A stretch of DNA of 64,000 bases from an uncultured Acidobacteriota bacterium (GCA_963828465.1 CAWHEU010000021.1:1-64000), one strand, 5' to 3'. Counted from the stretch's first letter, positions 9,760 through 19,476 are shown. The notes: a model not told the origin generated them from the sequence alone. Program-made: numbers and translations.

Positions 9760-10380
9760 TCAGGCCAGATCGTTCAGTTTGCCCAGGTCGTCCCGCAAGC
9801 GCTCCTGGACCACGGTGGCGGTGAGGTCCGAACGGGAGCGTTCGACCAGGGCGCGGGATACGTCGGTGGTGCGGCGAAGGCCGTTGGTCATACCGTCCGG
9901 GTAGTCCATCTCGGCGAGGAGGTCCACGATCTCGTCCATCGCGTCGAGAGTGGTCTGGGCCTGCTCGACGTCTCCCGCCCGGAGCAGATCGAGGAGCCGG
10001 CGGCGCAACTCCCCCACCGCCTCCCCCAGACCGTGAAGGAAGGGCACCGGGTCGATCCCGAGCTCGCCGAAGCTGGGGACCGGATCACCCCGGAACAAGG
10101 CTTCCGTGATCCGGGCCTCCGCATACTCCTTGGCGGCATCGGAGATGAAGCCGGCATGAAGGATGTCCGGGTGGTCGGCAAGGGCAGTTGTGATGTCCGC
10201 CAGGATCGTCCCCGCCTCAGAGATGAGCTCGGCCGCCTGGTCCCACTCGCCCCGATGAAGGGCGCGGATTCCGTTGGCCGACGACCGGATCACCTTCCTC
10301 GAGCCGGTGATTCCCTTCTCACGCGCCACGAACCGGGCGTCGAGAACGACTCGGGCGTCGTCGGCGAAATCGAGATCCAT
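9760..10380 (-). CDS. Translin/TRAX family protein (archaeal-type, COG2178-like)
   Basis: All-helical; RE..I..SRKVIRSS, KEYAEA, GLGEAVGELRR, LRRTTD motifs. Confidence 0.8.
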   Translation of the reverse strand: MDLDFADDARVVLDARFVAREKGITGSRKVIRSSANGIRALHRGEWDQAAELISEAGTILADITTALADHPDILHAGFISDAAKEYAEARITEALFRGDPVPSFGELGIDPVPFLHGLGEAVGELRRRLLDLLRAGDVEQAQTTLDAMDEIVDLLAEMDYPDGMTNGLRRTTDVSRALVERSRSDLTATVVQERLRDDLGKLNDLA

Positions 10381-10383
10381 CGC

Positions 10384-10824
10384 CTACTGGGCGATGACTT
10401 TGATCTGCGGCTCGTCCCACTCGGCGGGACGCTCGGAGACATGGGTGACTTTGAGCCGCCATTGACGCTGCTGCTTCATCTGGGCCAGGGCAGCTACATA
10501 CAGGGCGATCAGCGAATCGATGAAGAGATGCACCAGCAGCAGAGCCAGCGAGTTCTGCCAAAGGGCCAGCCCGGCGGTGAGCAGGGCCAGGAAACCGAGC
10601 ACCGCGAAGGTGCGGCGACGACGGAGACGGATGACGTCGCGCTGACCCACGGCCTTCCTGTCCATCGGCCGCTTCTGGACATCGGCCATCAGATGGCTCC
10701 AGCGGTCGAATTCCTCGGTCGAGTTCTTGGGTGCGTTTTGTCGGTCGCCGAACACCGAGGGCAGGAGATACACACTCCACACAGCGGCTATCAGCAGGAG
10801 GCCGACTATGACGCTTGTTGACAT
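10384..10824 (-). CDS. Short SepX/GlpR-like membrane protein
   Basis: N-terminal TM ending AVWSVYLLP, RRRR followed by two TMs; position between moeA/moaC and tRNA-Ala(CGC). Confidence 0.6.
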   Translation of the reverse strand: MSTSVIVGLLLIAAVWSVYLLPSVFGDRQNAPKNSTEEFDRWSHLMADVQKRPMDRKAVGQRDVIRLRRRRTFAVLGFLALLTAGLALWQNSLALLLVHLFIDSLIALYVAALAQMKQQRQWRLKVTHVSERPAEWDEPQIKVIAQ

Positions 10825-10884
10825 TTGGCTTACGACTCCGTCCACGGATGAGCGTAGTTGCCAGGACCCTGCCCGATCAACGAC

Positions 10885-11364
10885 TCAACCTCGTTCCCAC
10901 TTGCCGGACCTTCCACCTGACTTGGTCAGCAACCTGACCGTCTCGATCGTGACGTCGCGCTCAACGCCTTTCACCATGTCATAGATGGTCAACGAGGCCA
11001 CAGCGACGGCTGTCATTGCTTCCATCTCGACACCGGTCCGATCGAAGGTTCGCACGCTAGCAAGGACCCGAACACCACGCCCACTCGGCTCCAGGGTCAC
11101 GTCCACCCCGGTCAGCGAGATCGGATGACAGAGCGGGATGAGCTCGGAGGTGCGTTTGGCCGCCATGATCCCGGCGATCCGAGCCACCGCGGCGGCATCC
11201 CCTTTGGGCAGATCACCGGCGAAAAACCGCTTCGCGAGGTCGGGGGACATGACGACGAAGCCCTCCGCCACCGCCTCACGGTCGGTGACTTGCTTTCCCC
11301 CGACGTCGACCATGTGAACCTCGCCCGCCTCATTGAGGTGGCTCAGCTCCCGCTCATCACCCAT
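10885..11364 (-). CDS. moaC: Cyclic pyranopterin monophosphate synthase
   Basis: LSHL..GEVHMVDV, LIPLCHP, TGVEMEA, IYDMVK, KSGGRSG. Confidence 0.95.
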   Translation of the reverse strand: MGDERELSHLNEAGEVHMVDVGGKQVTDREAVAEGFVVMSPDLAKRFFAGDLPKGDAAAVARIAGIMAAKRTSELIPLCHPISLTGVDVTLEPSGRGVRVLASVRTFDRTGVEMEAMTAVAVASLTIYDMVKGVERDVTIETVRLLTKSGGRSGKWERG

Positions 11365-12584
11365 TGGTCCACTCCCTCGACTCGGGCCACTTGAACATCT
11401 CAACGGTGACTGGCTCGCCTCGCTCGACAACCGCTGTCCCACGAGGCACGACGGCGAACCCATCGGCCGCCGCGGCGGCCGAGAGCACATTGGAGGCCTG
11501 ACCACCCGATTTCACCACGGTGGGCGAGCCCTGTTCGAGTCCTTCCACGAAGACGCGGACGAAGACCGTCTTCTGGGGATCGGTCTCGAGAGTTTCCCCC
11601 GCGCTGGCCACCAATTGGGGCCGGAGGATGGAGCGGGCACCCTGCATCTTGAGCAACGCCGGCCGGGTGAACTGTTCGAAGGAGACCAGGACCGAGACCG
11701 GGTTGCCAGGCAGCCCGAAGAAGAGCGCATCGCCGATATGACCAAAGGCGAAGGGCTTGGCCGGCTGAATCGCCACCTGCCAGAAGCCGACATCGGCGTC
11801 GCCCTGCAGCACCATCTTGGTCACGTCGTAGTCACCCATCGATACCCCGCCGGTGGAGACGACGACATCGGCCTCGGAGGCTCGGGTGAGTGCGTCCCGC
11901 AAGACATCGGGACGTCGGGGATGATGCCCAGATCCACCGGCTCCACGCCCGCATCCTCGAGAAGCGAGAGCAGCATCGGCCGATTTGAGTCCCGGATGGC
12001 CCCCGGCTCCAGACCTGCCGCCTCGGGAGGAGTCAGCTCGTCACCGGTCGACATGAACGCAACCCGAGGCCTTCATGAACACCTCGCGGGTGCCCGACTC
12101 CGATGGTGGCGAGAACACCGATGTGCATCGGGGTGAGACGCGTCCCTGCGGTGAACACCACCTGGCCCTCAGGGACGTCTCCACCGGCCGGGCGGACTGA
12201 CGTGCCTGATTCCACCGTCGTGGAGATGGTCACCTTCGAGCCTTCGGTCGACGTGTCCTCGACCCTGGCGACGGTGTCAGCTCCGGGAGGCATCGGGGCG
12301 CCCGTCATGATCTTGATCGCCTGGCCCGGCCCTACCTCGATATCTGTGCTCGAACCGGCCGGCAGGTCGCCTATCACCTCGAGGACCGACCCGGCGGCGG
12401 AGACATCGGCGGCACGCACCGCGAACCCGTCCATCGCCGAGTTGGCGAACGGCGGCACGTTCTCCGGGGCAACAACATCCGTGGCGAGGACACGACCGTG
12501 CCCCTGCCAGATCGGAACCTGCTCGACTCCGAGGAGGCCGACCGAGGAAAGCACCTCGGACCGGGCCTCCTCCAGCGGCTTCAT
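11357..12584 (-). CDS. moeA: Molybdopterin molybdotransferase / gephyrin-like protein; frameshifts near 12060-12100 and 11910
   Basis: PPFANSAMDGFA, IMTGAPMP, STGDEL, IRDSN, STGGVSMGDYD, GLPGNPVS spread across three frames. Confidence 0.9.
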
Positions 12585-13393
12585 CCGCTCCGCTCCTTGA
12601 GCCACGAGCTGAACTCCTGCCCGAACTCGTGCTCACCCAACTCCACCGACGCCTCGAGCAGGCCGATCGGCGTCCCCACATCGAGGAGATCTTCCTCGGC
12701 CACGTAACCCCGGAGGCGTCCGCGGACGCCCAACTCGTTGATGGCGTCGGTCAGCTGGATCTCGCCACCGTGCCCAGGCTCGAGACCACCCAGGATCTCG
12801 AAGACCTCGGGAGTGAACAGATAACGCCCTACCAGCCCGAGGCGAGAGGGTGCGTTGGCCGGCCCCGGCTTCTCAACGGCGCCGGCCAGATCGAGGTATC
12901 GATCCTCGAGCTCGGATGCCGGGACCACGACGCCGTACTTGCTGAGGAATTCCTCGGTCAGCTCGCGGAGACACATCACCGACGCCGAACCGTCACGACT
13001 TCCCGCGTCCAGACTGGCCAGCACATCATGACCCGGCCTCACGATGTTGTCGGAGAGAAGGCAGAAAAACGGACGCCCTCCCACCATGTGGGCTGCCTCG
13101 TTCACCGCATGTCCCAGGCCGAGTGGCTCCTCCTGAACCACCGGACGCAGCTGGATGTCCTCGAGACCGGGCAGCGGGCCCTCGATGTTGAAATGCTGGG
13201 CGAGGAGATGGCCGGCGTCGAGGTCGACGACCACGACCGCCTCCTTTGCTCCCGCCCGAGCCGCCTCTTCGACCGAGTACTGGATGGCGGGGCGATCGAT
13301 CACGGTCAGCAGCGCCTTGGGGACCACCCGGGTCGCCGGTCGCATCCGGGTGCCACGGCCGGCTGCGGGGATGACGGCTACTTCGATGCTCAT
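12581..13393 (-). CDS. galU: UTP-glucose-1-phosphate uridylyltransferase
   Basis: AVIPAAGRGTRMRPAT..PKALL, QEEPLGLGHAV, VEKP, GGEIQLTDA. Confidence 0.92.
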   Translation of the reverse strand: MSIEVAVIPAAGRGTRMRPATRVVPKALLTVIDRPAIQYSVEEAARAGAKEAVVVVDLDAGHLLAQHFNIEGPLPGLEDIQLRPVVQEEPLGLGHAVNEAAHMVGGRPFFCLLSDNIVRPGHDVLASLDAGSRDGSASVMCLRELTEEFLSKYGVVVPASELEDRYLDLAGAVEKPGPANAPSRLGLVGRYLFTPEVFEILGGLEPGHGGEIQLTDAINELGVRGRLRGYVAEEDLLDVGTPIGLLEASVELGEHEFGQEFSSWLKERSG

Positions 13394-13996
13394 GTCGGGA
13401 CCTTCTCTTCGCTGCCAGAGACCATGCGTTTGATGTTTCCACGATGCCGCCAGACCACCAACGCGATGATCAAGGCGACCCACACCAGCGACAGCCCGGT
13501 GACACCCTGCCAGATCAGTAGTGGGACGGTGATGACGACGATCACCATCGAGCCGATGGAGGCCGTCTTGGTGAGCCAGAAGATAAGGAACCAAGTTGCG
13601 ATCTCGATCACGGCGACGATCGGGACTGTGAATAGGAGGACACCACCGCCGGTCGCCACGCCCTTGCCGCCTTTGAAGCGATGGAAGATCGGGTAGCAAT
13701 GGCCCACGACCGCGGCAAGGCCGGCGAGGAATGCCCAATGCACCGCCGGATCGGGCGAGCCAGAATGCCACCCATCCCATGGCTGCTCCGATCGTCCCCT
13801 TCAGCGTGTCCCCGATGAAGACCATGGCGGCAGGCACCCGTCCCATGGTGCGGAGAACGTTCGACATGCCAGGATTGCCGCTCCCCTCCTGGTGGATGTC
13901 AACGCCGTACATCCGCCCGACGATCACGGCGAAGTCGATGCTCCCCACCAGGTAGGCGGCGACGATCGCCAGCGGCAGGGCAACAGCAGGCGACAT
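13390..13996 (-). CDS. plsY: Glycerol-3-phosphate acyltransferase; frameshift near 13745
   Basis: AYLVGSI, GSGNPGMSN, DTLKG, then GHCYPIF..FKGGKGVAT, RHRGNIKR. Confidence 0.92.
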
Positions 13997-14017
13997 GGGG
14001 GCCGATCATATTGCAGA

Positions 14018-14044
14018 GGAATGGAAGACCCACTGTCCCGGTTG
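14018..14044 (+). promoter_or_regulatory. SigR/SigH-type ECF promoter for the zinc-ribbon gene
   Basis: Exact GGAAT-N18-GTTG, about 40 bp upstream of ATG 14086. Confidence 0.7.
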
Positions 14045-14085
14045 TAGAATTCGCCCCCACCCCACCAAGCGGTCAGAAGTCGGTC

Positions 14086-14409
14086 ATGCCTACCTACGAG
14101 TACACCTGTAAGCGATGCGGCGAGAACATCGAAGTCTTTCAATCGTTCTCGGAAAAGCCGCTGCGCAAGCACCAGGAATGCGGTGGGGAACTGCAGAAGG
14201 TCTTCCACGCCCGCGGCGTCGTGTTCAAGGGATCCGGCTTCTACTCGACCGACTCCCGGTCATCCACATCTGCCAAGAAGTCCGAGCCGGCCAAGAAGGG
14301 CGACTCCTCCAAGAGCGACTCCTCCAAGACCGACTCCTCCAAGAAGAGCGAGTCAGCGACGACAGGGTCGTCGACGGCGTCTTCGGGTAGTTCGTCTACC
14401 TCAGATTGA
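14086..14409 (+). CDS. FmdB-family zinc-ribbon protein (Rv0991c/Ruc-like) with disordered Ser/Lys tail
   Basis: MPTYEYTCKRCG, HQECGG, VVFKGSGFYSTDSR. Confidence 0.9.
   Translation: MPTYEYTCKRCGENIEVFQSFSEKPLRKHQECGGELQKVFHARGVVFKGSGFYSTDSRSSTSAKKSEPAKKGDSSKSDSSKTDSSKKSESATTGSSTASSGSSSTSD
14301..14344 (+). repeat. Three 15-bp tandem repeats coding DSSK(S/T)
   Basis: CGACTCCTCCAAGA at 14301, 14316 and 14331. Confidence 0.8.
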
Positions 14410-14418
14410 CCTGTCTGG

Positions 14419-14571
14419 TCAGTTCCGCTCGCTGACGAGATACCAGACGCCAAAGGTCAGGGCTACCACGAACACCAAGATCAGCGTCGATCGAACCCAG
14501 TGGATCTCCGCGACTGCGGTCTCTTCGGCCTTCTTCTTGTTGTTCTTCTTGTTCTTCTTCTTGTCGCCCAT
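14419..14571 (-). CDS. 50-aa single-pass membrane microprotein (absent from the ORF track)
   Basis: AGGAG RBS 6 nt before ATG; MGDKKKNKKNNKKKAEETAVAEIHWVRSTLILVFVVALTFGVWYLVSERN. Confidence 0.6.
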   Translation of the reverse strand: MGDKKKNKKNNKKKAEETAVAEIHWVRSTLILVFVVALTFGVWYLVSERN

Positions 14572-14680
14572 TGTCATCTCCTGGTGAGGCGGCTTAAGGA
14601 GGGGTGGACCCCAACCCGTGGAAGATCAGTGGCCTCCGATGATGCACGAATCGTGGGTCCACGCACCTCTCTCCGGCCAC

Positions 14681-15494
14681 CTACCCGTCGGTGGCTTCGT
14701 CGAAACCATCGGACACGAGAGGCTCTTTGGACCGACCCAGGGTGATCAACCCGATGGCGATGGCCGATCCCGTCACGGCCATGAGCACGACGATGACTCT
14801 GAGCAGCCAGGTCGTGGCAGACAAGGACGATGCGGTGCTCTCGACCACGCTCTGAGCCTGATCGAGCGTGGCGCGGTACGAGTCGATGAGGGTTTGACTC
14901 GACTCCAGTCTCGACTCTCAGGGCGTCGAACGCCTCCGCCGTGGCGGCTGCATCCTCGGCGAACTGCTCCGAGACAGGAACCAAGGCCCGGATCGCCTCC
15001 GCTTGTGCGGTCAGTTGGGGAGGTATGGCCTCGAGCGCGTCCTGCGCCGCCATCAACGAGGCGTCGAATGGCTGCTCAGGGTCGTAGTCCACGCCGAGGA
15101 AGGACAACGCGTTCAGAGTGCCATCGATGACCCCCGCAGTCTGTATGGCAGCAGGCATCGTGTCGAGCAGAGTCTCGATGCTCGCCTGCAACTCACCATC
15201 GAGGAAGTCGGCGACGTCATCCAATTCCCCGGATGCGGTCAGGACAGCGTCTGACGCTGCGGCGATGCTGGCGGCAGCGGCGCCGATGCCCTCATCGACC
15301 TCGACCGACACCGATTCCAGGACGTTGAGCGTCTCCTCCACGGCGCCGAGGGCAGACTCCGAGACCGCCACCGACTGGGTTAGATAGTCGGACAAGTTGT
15401 TCACCATCAAGAGGCCGAGGACCAGCCCGACGATGCTGCCGACGAGGGCCACGACTCCGCTGACGGCCAGGGTCTTCCTCGTCGTATCCGTCAC
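14681..15494 (-). CDS. Hypothetical membrane protein, TM - long acidic helical domain - TM; frameshift near 14905
   Basis: N-terminal TM, Ala/Glu-rich helices, C-terminal TM (WLLRVIVVLMAV) in another frame. Confidence 0.6.
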
Positions 15495-15544
15495 CAGGAC
15501 CAACCTACTTCCCGGAACCTCCCGCACGCCGTACGTTCGGACAG

Positions 15545-16063
15545 GTGATCTGGCTGCAATCGCCACCGTGGGCGCGTTGGGCGGTCGCCCTCCTCATCGC
15601 ATCGGTGGCTCTTTGGGTCGAGTTCCGTCCCGAGCCCACGACAACCCACCCGTTTGCCACCGTGGACATCACGGCCGGGATGGTGGTCGACAAGTCCAAC
15701 ACCGAGATCCGGCAAGTGCCCCTCGGGACCTTCACTCCCGTCGAGCTCGAGCAGGTGGCAATCGACTCCATCCTGTCCGGCGATCCGGTGCTGGCGTCGA
15801 GCATTGGCGAGTCGGGCCAAGCGGTTCCTTCCGGGTGGTGGAGTCTGGAGATGCCCCTGCCCCATGGGGCAAGCCGTGGAGACTCTGCACGGATCGTGCT
15901 CCTCGACACCGAAGTCGTTGCTTCCGGCGTAGTGGTCGAGGACCCGGATGAGGATCCACTCGGCTCCGGGCTGGGTCTCGTCGCCGTCGAGTCTGAGCTC
16001 GCAGCCGAAGTGGCACGAGCTGCCGGGGAGGGACGGGCTGTAGTCATGATTGCCCCGCCCTGA
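15545..16063 (+). CDS. SAF-domain protein (Rv0990c/CpaB-like)
   Basis: N-terminal TM, ATVDITAG SAF-like segment; synteny with the zinc-ribbon gene and galU. Confidence 0.55.
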   Translation: MIWLQSPPWARWAVALLIASVALWVEFRPEPTTTHPFATVDITAGMVVDKSNTEIRQVPLGTFTPVELEQVAIDSILSGDPVLASSIGESGQAVPSGWWSLEMPLPHGASRGDSARIVLLDTEVVASGVVVEDPDEDPLGSGLGLVAVESELAAEVARAAGEGRAVVMIAPP

Positions 16064-16079
16064 GCATTACCGTGCCGCC

Positions 16080-16853
16080 GTGCTCGCCGCCGTCATCTGG
16101 GGACTCATCCAGGGTCTCACCGAGTTCCTTCCCGTCTCCTCGTCGGGCCATCTGATCATCATCCCTGCGTTCCTCAGCGAGATGGGAATCGATGTCCCGG
16201 TGCCTTCGCTTGCCGTCTCAACGGTGATCCATCTCGGGACCCTGGCTGCGGTGTTGATCTACTACAGACGCGAGGTGATCGCTGTACTCCGTTTTCGGAC
16301 CAACCCAGAAGGGCGAAAACTGGCCCTGCTGGTCGGGATCGGCACCATCCCGGCCCTCATCGGCCTGCCATTGGCCGACGAGATCGAGGGCATGCAGCAA
16401 TCCGTGGCGGCGGTGGGGTGGCAGATCGTTGCGACCGGCGTGATCCTCGTGATCGGCCAGCGTGTCGCCACGGGGGTGAGGAGGCTGATGGAGGGACGGA
16501 TCCCAGATGCGGTGGTCGTGGGGTTGTCTCAGGCGATCGCACTCATCCCCGGCATCTCGCGTTCCGGGGTCACCATCGCCGCCGGCAACCTGAGGAAGTT
16601 CGAGCCGGCGGAGGCCGCCCGCTTCTCCTTCCTTTTGGGCATCCCGGCGATCGCCGGCGCCGGCTTCAGCCAACTCTTCGCCCTCCCTGACCAAGGAGGG
16701 TTCACCCTCGAGTTGGCGGTGGCGATGGTGGTGGCGGGCGTGTCGGGATATCTGGCCATCGCCTTCATGATGAAGTCGATCAACCGCATCGGGCTGTACC
16801 CCTTCGCCATCTATTGCTTTGTGATCGGCCTCGCAACTGTGATCTTTTTCTGA
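16080..16853 (+). CDS. uppP: Undecaprenyl-diphosphatase
   Basis: GLIQGLTEFLPVSSSGH, PGISRSG, ARFSFLL. Confidence 0.95.
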   Translation: MLAAVIWGLIQGLTEFLPVSSSGHLIIIPAFLSEMGIDVPVPSLAVSTVIHLGTLAAVLIYYRREVIAVLRFRTNPEGRKLALLVGIGTIPALIGLPLADEIEGMQQSVAAVGWQIVATGVILVIGQRVATGVRRLMEGRIPDAVVVGLSQAIALIPGISRSGVTIAAGNLRKFEPAEAARFSFLLGIPAIAGAGFSQLFALPDQGGFTLELAVAMVVAGVSGYLAIAFMMKSINRIGLYPFAIYCFVIGLATVIFF

Positions 16854-16885
16854 GCAGGTAGCCTCAAAATCCAGGAGGAACACCG

Positions 16886-17380
16886 ATGACCCACGCCCTC
16901 ATCCAGGAGTCGATCGACAAGCGACAGCATGTTCGTGACCTCCTGGCGCAGACCCCGGACGACTATGTGGCAGTGCGCGAGCTGTGGAAGTCGCACTCCC
17001 TCGCCGAGGATGCCAGGGACATTGCTGGGCTGATGGCCACGCTCACCGACGACTGCGTCTACGAGCTGGTGCAGACCGGGCATCGTTGGGAGGGAAAGGA
17101 GGGGGCGACCCGTTTCTATGTCGAGCTGCTATCGGCGTTCCCCGACATCGATTTCGCCCTGACCAGCATCGTGATCGGGCCGCAGGGGGTCTGCGAGGAG
17201 GCGGTGGTGAACGGCACTTTCTCCACATCGTGGCTCGGCATGGAGCCGACGGGCGAGAAGATGGTGTGGCGCAACGTGATCTTCTTCCCCTGGGAGCCCG
17301 ATGCCCAACTCTTCACCGGAGAGCGGGTCTACTCCTTCTTCCCCGATCTGCCCACGGACGACCTCCCGACGGGGATGTAG
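16886..17380 (+). CDS. SnoaL/NTF2-like ester cyclase family protein
   Basis: AGGAGG RBS; H..AED..D...LMATL, FYVELLSAFPD, PTG. Confidence 0.75.
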   Translation: MTHALIQESIDKRQHVRDLLAQTPDDYVAVRELWKSHSLAEDARDIAGLMATLTDDCVYELVQTGHRWEGKEGATRFYVELLSAFPDIDFALTSIVIGPQGVCEEAVVNGTFSTSWLGMEPTGEKMVWRNVIFFPWEPDAQLFTGERVYSFFPDLPTDDLPTGM

Positions 17381-17396
17381 ACGGGCGGGGTTTCGC

Positions 17397-18146
17397 TCAG
17401 AGGACGGTGTCGAGCCCGAGGTGGACACCAGGGGCGAGATCGCCGACCCCGCGGATGGCGATGAGGGCGCCGGAGGCGAAGGACTCGTAGCTGGTGGAGA
17501 GGTGCTCGATAGACAGCACCTCGCCGAGATTGGACAGAACCACCTCTTGCTGGGAGATGAGACCAGGGAGACGGACGGCATGGACGCGCACCCCCTCAAC
17601 ATCCGCCCCTCGAGCTCCCTCGACCAGCTCCGCCGAATCCCGAGCAGACACGCCACCGCCCCCGGCCACACCCATGGCGGTGGCCAGCGCCGTACCCGAC
17701 GGTGCGTCAGGCTTGGTCGAGTGATGACGCTCGATGATCTCCACCGCCTCGAAATGTGACGCCGCCTCGGCGGCGTACCTCATCATGAGCACCGCGCCAA
17801 TCGAGAAGTTGGGGACCACCAGCGCGGCCGCGCCATCCGTCCCCCAGATCCCTCGCAGCTGCTCCAGGCGCTCGGGGGTGAAGCCAGAAGTGCCTACAAC
17901 CGCCGCGAGACCCTTATCGCGCCAGGCCTTAAGGTTGTCGAGGACCACATCGGGATGGGCCGTCTCCACCACTACTTCGGCATCCACCTCGGAGCGTGCC
18001 CCCGTGACCGTCACGCCGTGCATTTCGGCCCCGGCCCGATTCGGGTTGTACAGGGCTGTCAGCTCGAGATCGTCGGAGGCGGCGATCGCGTCGGCGATCG
18101 GTGTCGCCAGCTTGCCGCCGGCGCCTGAGATGGCGACCCGAATCAT
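17397..18146 (-). CDS. dapB: 4-hydroxy-tetrahydrodipicolinate reductase
   Basis: ISGAGGKL, VVGTSGF, PNFSIG, EIIERHHSTKPDAPSGTA. Confidence 0.95.
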   Translation of the reverse strand: MIRVAISGAGGKLATPIADAIAASDDLELTALYNPNRAGAEMHGVTVTGARSEVDAEVVVETAHPDVVLDNLKAWRDKGLAAVVGTSGFTPERLEQLRGIWGTDGAAALVVPNFSIGAVLMMRYAAEAASHFEAVEIIERHHSTKPDAPSGTALATAMGVAGGGGVSARDSAELVEGARGADVEGVRVHAVRLPGLISQQEVVLSNLGEVLSIEHLSTSYESFASGALIAIRGVGDLAPGVHLGLDTVL

Positions 18147-18165
18147 GACCTCACGATAGGGGGGT

Positions 18166-19476
18166 TCAGCCGAGAGCCTCCACCAGCGACTCGTCGAAGA
18201 CCTCGAGCGTCTTGGCCACGTCCTCATCGGTGTGGGCGGCACAGACGAACCACGGCTCCAGCGCATCCGGGCAGGGCATCACACCGCGCCGGATCATCGC
18301 GAAGAGGACCTCCTCGTAGAGCGGTTCGTTGTGCTTGGAGGTCTCCCTGAACTCGTTGAGATCTCCCTCACCGATGAACACTGAGAACATCGCCGGGTGC
18401 CCGGTCGCCTTGCCTTCGACCCCACGATCGGCCAGCACCTTCTCGATACCTTCCATGAGGCTCCGCCCGACCTTCTCGATCCTGGCGTGAGGCTCACCGG
18501 TGGCGAGCTTGTCGATGGTCGCCGCGGCGGCGGCCACGCCGATGCCGTTGCCCGAGTAGGTCCCGGCCTGAGCGATCCCCGAGGACCGCCAGCCATCGGC
18601 AACCTTGTCGGTCATGGCGATAGCAGCCACGGGGTAGCCGTTGCCCATTGCCTTGGCGTAGGTGCCTATGTCCGGCCGCACCCCGAAACACTCGCAAGCG
18701 CCTCCGAAAGCGACCCGGAACCCGGTCTTGACCTCGTCGAAGATCAGCAACGACCCGTTGTCATCACAGAGCTTCCTCAACCCCTCGAGAAAACCGGGCA
18801 GGGGCATGATCCCGAAAGCGTTGCCGAGCATCGGTTCGACGATCACCGCCGCGATCCGCTGGCCCTCGTCTCTAAAGGCCCGCTCCGCCAACTCCAGGTC
18901 GTTGAAGGGCAGGGTCCGGACCAGCGACCTGATGGCCTCCGGTATGCCCGAGCTCGATTGGAGGGCGATGGGCCGGAAGCGAGACCCGAGGCCCTCAACC
19001 GGGACACCGGCCGTAGAGAAGAGCACGTAGTCGTGCATCCCGTGGTACTGGCCCTCGAACTTGATCACCACGTCGCGCCCGGTCAGCCCACGGGCGAGCC
19101 GGATGGCGTGCATCGTCGCCTCGGTGCCGGTGTTGGTGAAGCGCATGGAGTCGGGCCACTCCAAAGCCGCCATCACCTTCTCAGCCGCCTCGACTTCGCG
19201 ACGCTGGGTCATGGCGAAGCTGGTCGCCTCGCCGGCTGTGTCCACAACCGCCTGCCAGACATCCGGGTCGCCATGACCGAGGATGACCGGCCCGAAGCCG
19301 CACTGGTAGTCGATGTAGTGCTTGCCGTCCATGTCGACGAGGTGCCCCGCCTCGCCGTGGTCGATGACCAGGGTGTCGTCGGGCCCCCAGTACCGGAACT
19401 GACTCGACACCCCATTGACCAGCACCTTGCGCGCCCGCTCGTACCACTGCCTGGTCTGATCTCCTTGGAGGCTCAC
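18166..19476 (-). CDS. Class III aminotransferase, GSA-aminomutase-like
   Basis: GPVILGH, RFTNTGTEAT, KFEGQYHG, LIFDEVKTGFR, AKAMGNG. Confidence 0.85.
   Translation of the reverse strand: MSLQGDQTRQWYERARKVLVNGVSSQFRYWGPDDTLVIDHGEAGHLVDMDGKHYIDYQCGFGPVILGHGDPDVWQAVVDTAGEATSFAMTQRREVEAAEKVMAALEWPDSMRFTNTGTEATMHAIRLARGLTGRDVVIKFEGQYHGMHDYVLFSTAGVPVEGLGSRFRPIALQSSSGIPEAIRSLVRTLPFNDLELAERAFRDEGQRIAAVIVEPMLGNAFGIMPLPGFLEGLRKLCDDNGSLLIFDEVKTGFRVAFGGACECFGVRPDIGTYAKAMGNGYPVAAIAMTDKVADGWRSSGIAQAGTYSGNGIGVAAAAATIDKLATGEPHARIEKVGRSLMEGIEKVLADRGVEGKATGHPAMFSVFIGEGDLNEFRETSKHNEPLYEEVLFAMIRRGVMPCPDALEPWFVCAAHTDEDVAKTLEVFDESLVEALG

Noticed and set aside
9760-10380. Haloacid dehalogenase label often given to such proteins
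   Set aside because: No DxD HAD motif or Rossmann-like pattern; the motifs fit the translin family.
12581-13996. 471-aa ORF suggesting a PlsY-GalU fusion
   Set aside because: A frameshift near 13745 joins the PlsY N-terminus to the galU frame; the PlsY C-terminus is intact in another frame and galU has its own ATG at 13393.
15514-15537. Second SigR-type promoter before the SAF gene
   Set aside because: GGAAC to GTT spacing is 16 nt rather than 18; too weak to call.
18166-19476. hemL assignment
   Set aside because: The N-terminus reads GVSSQFRYW rather than the HemL GVNSPVRA pattern and no hem genes are nearby; left as GSA-like aminotransferase.
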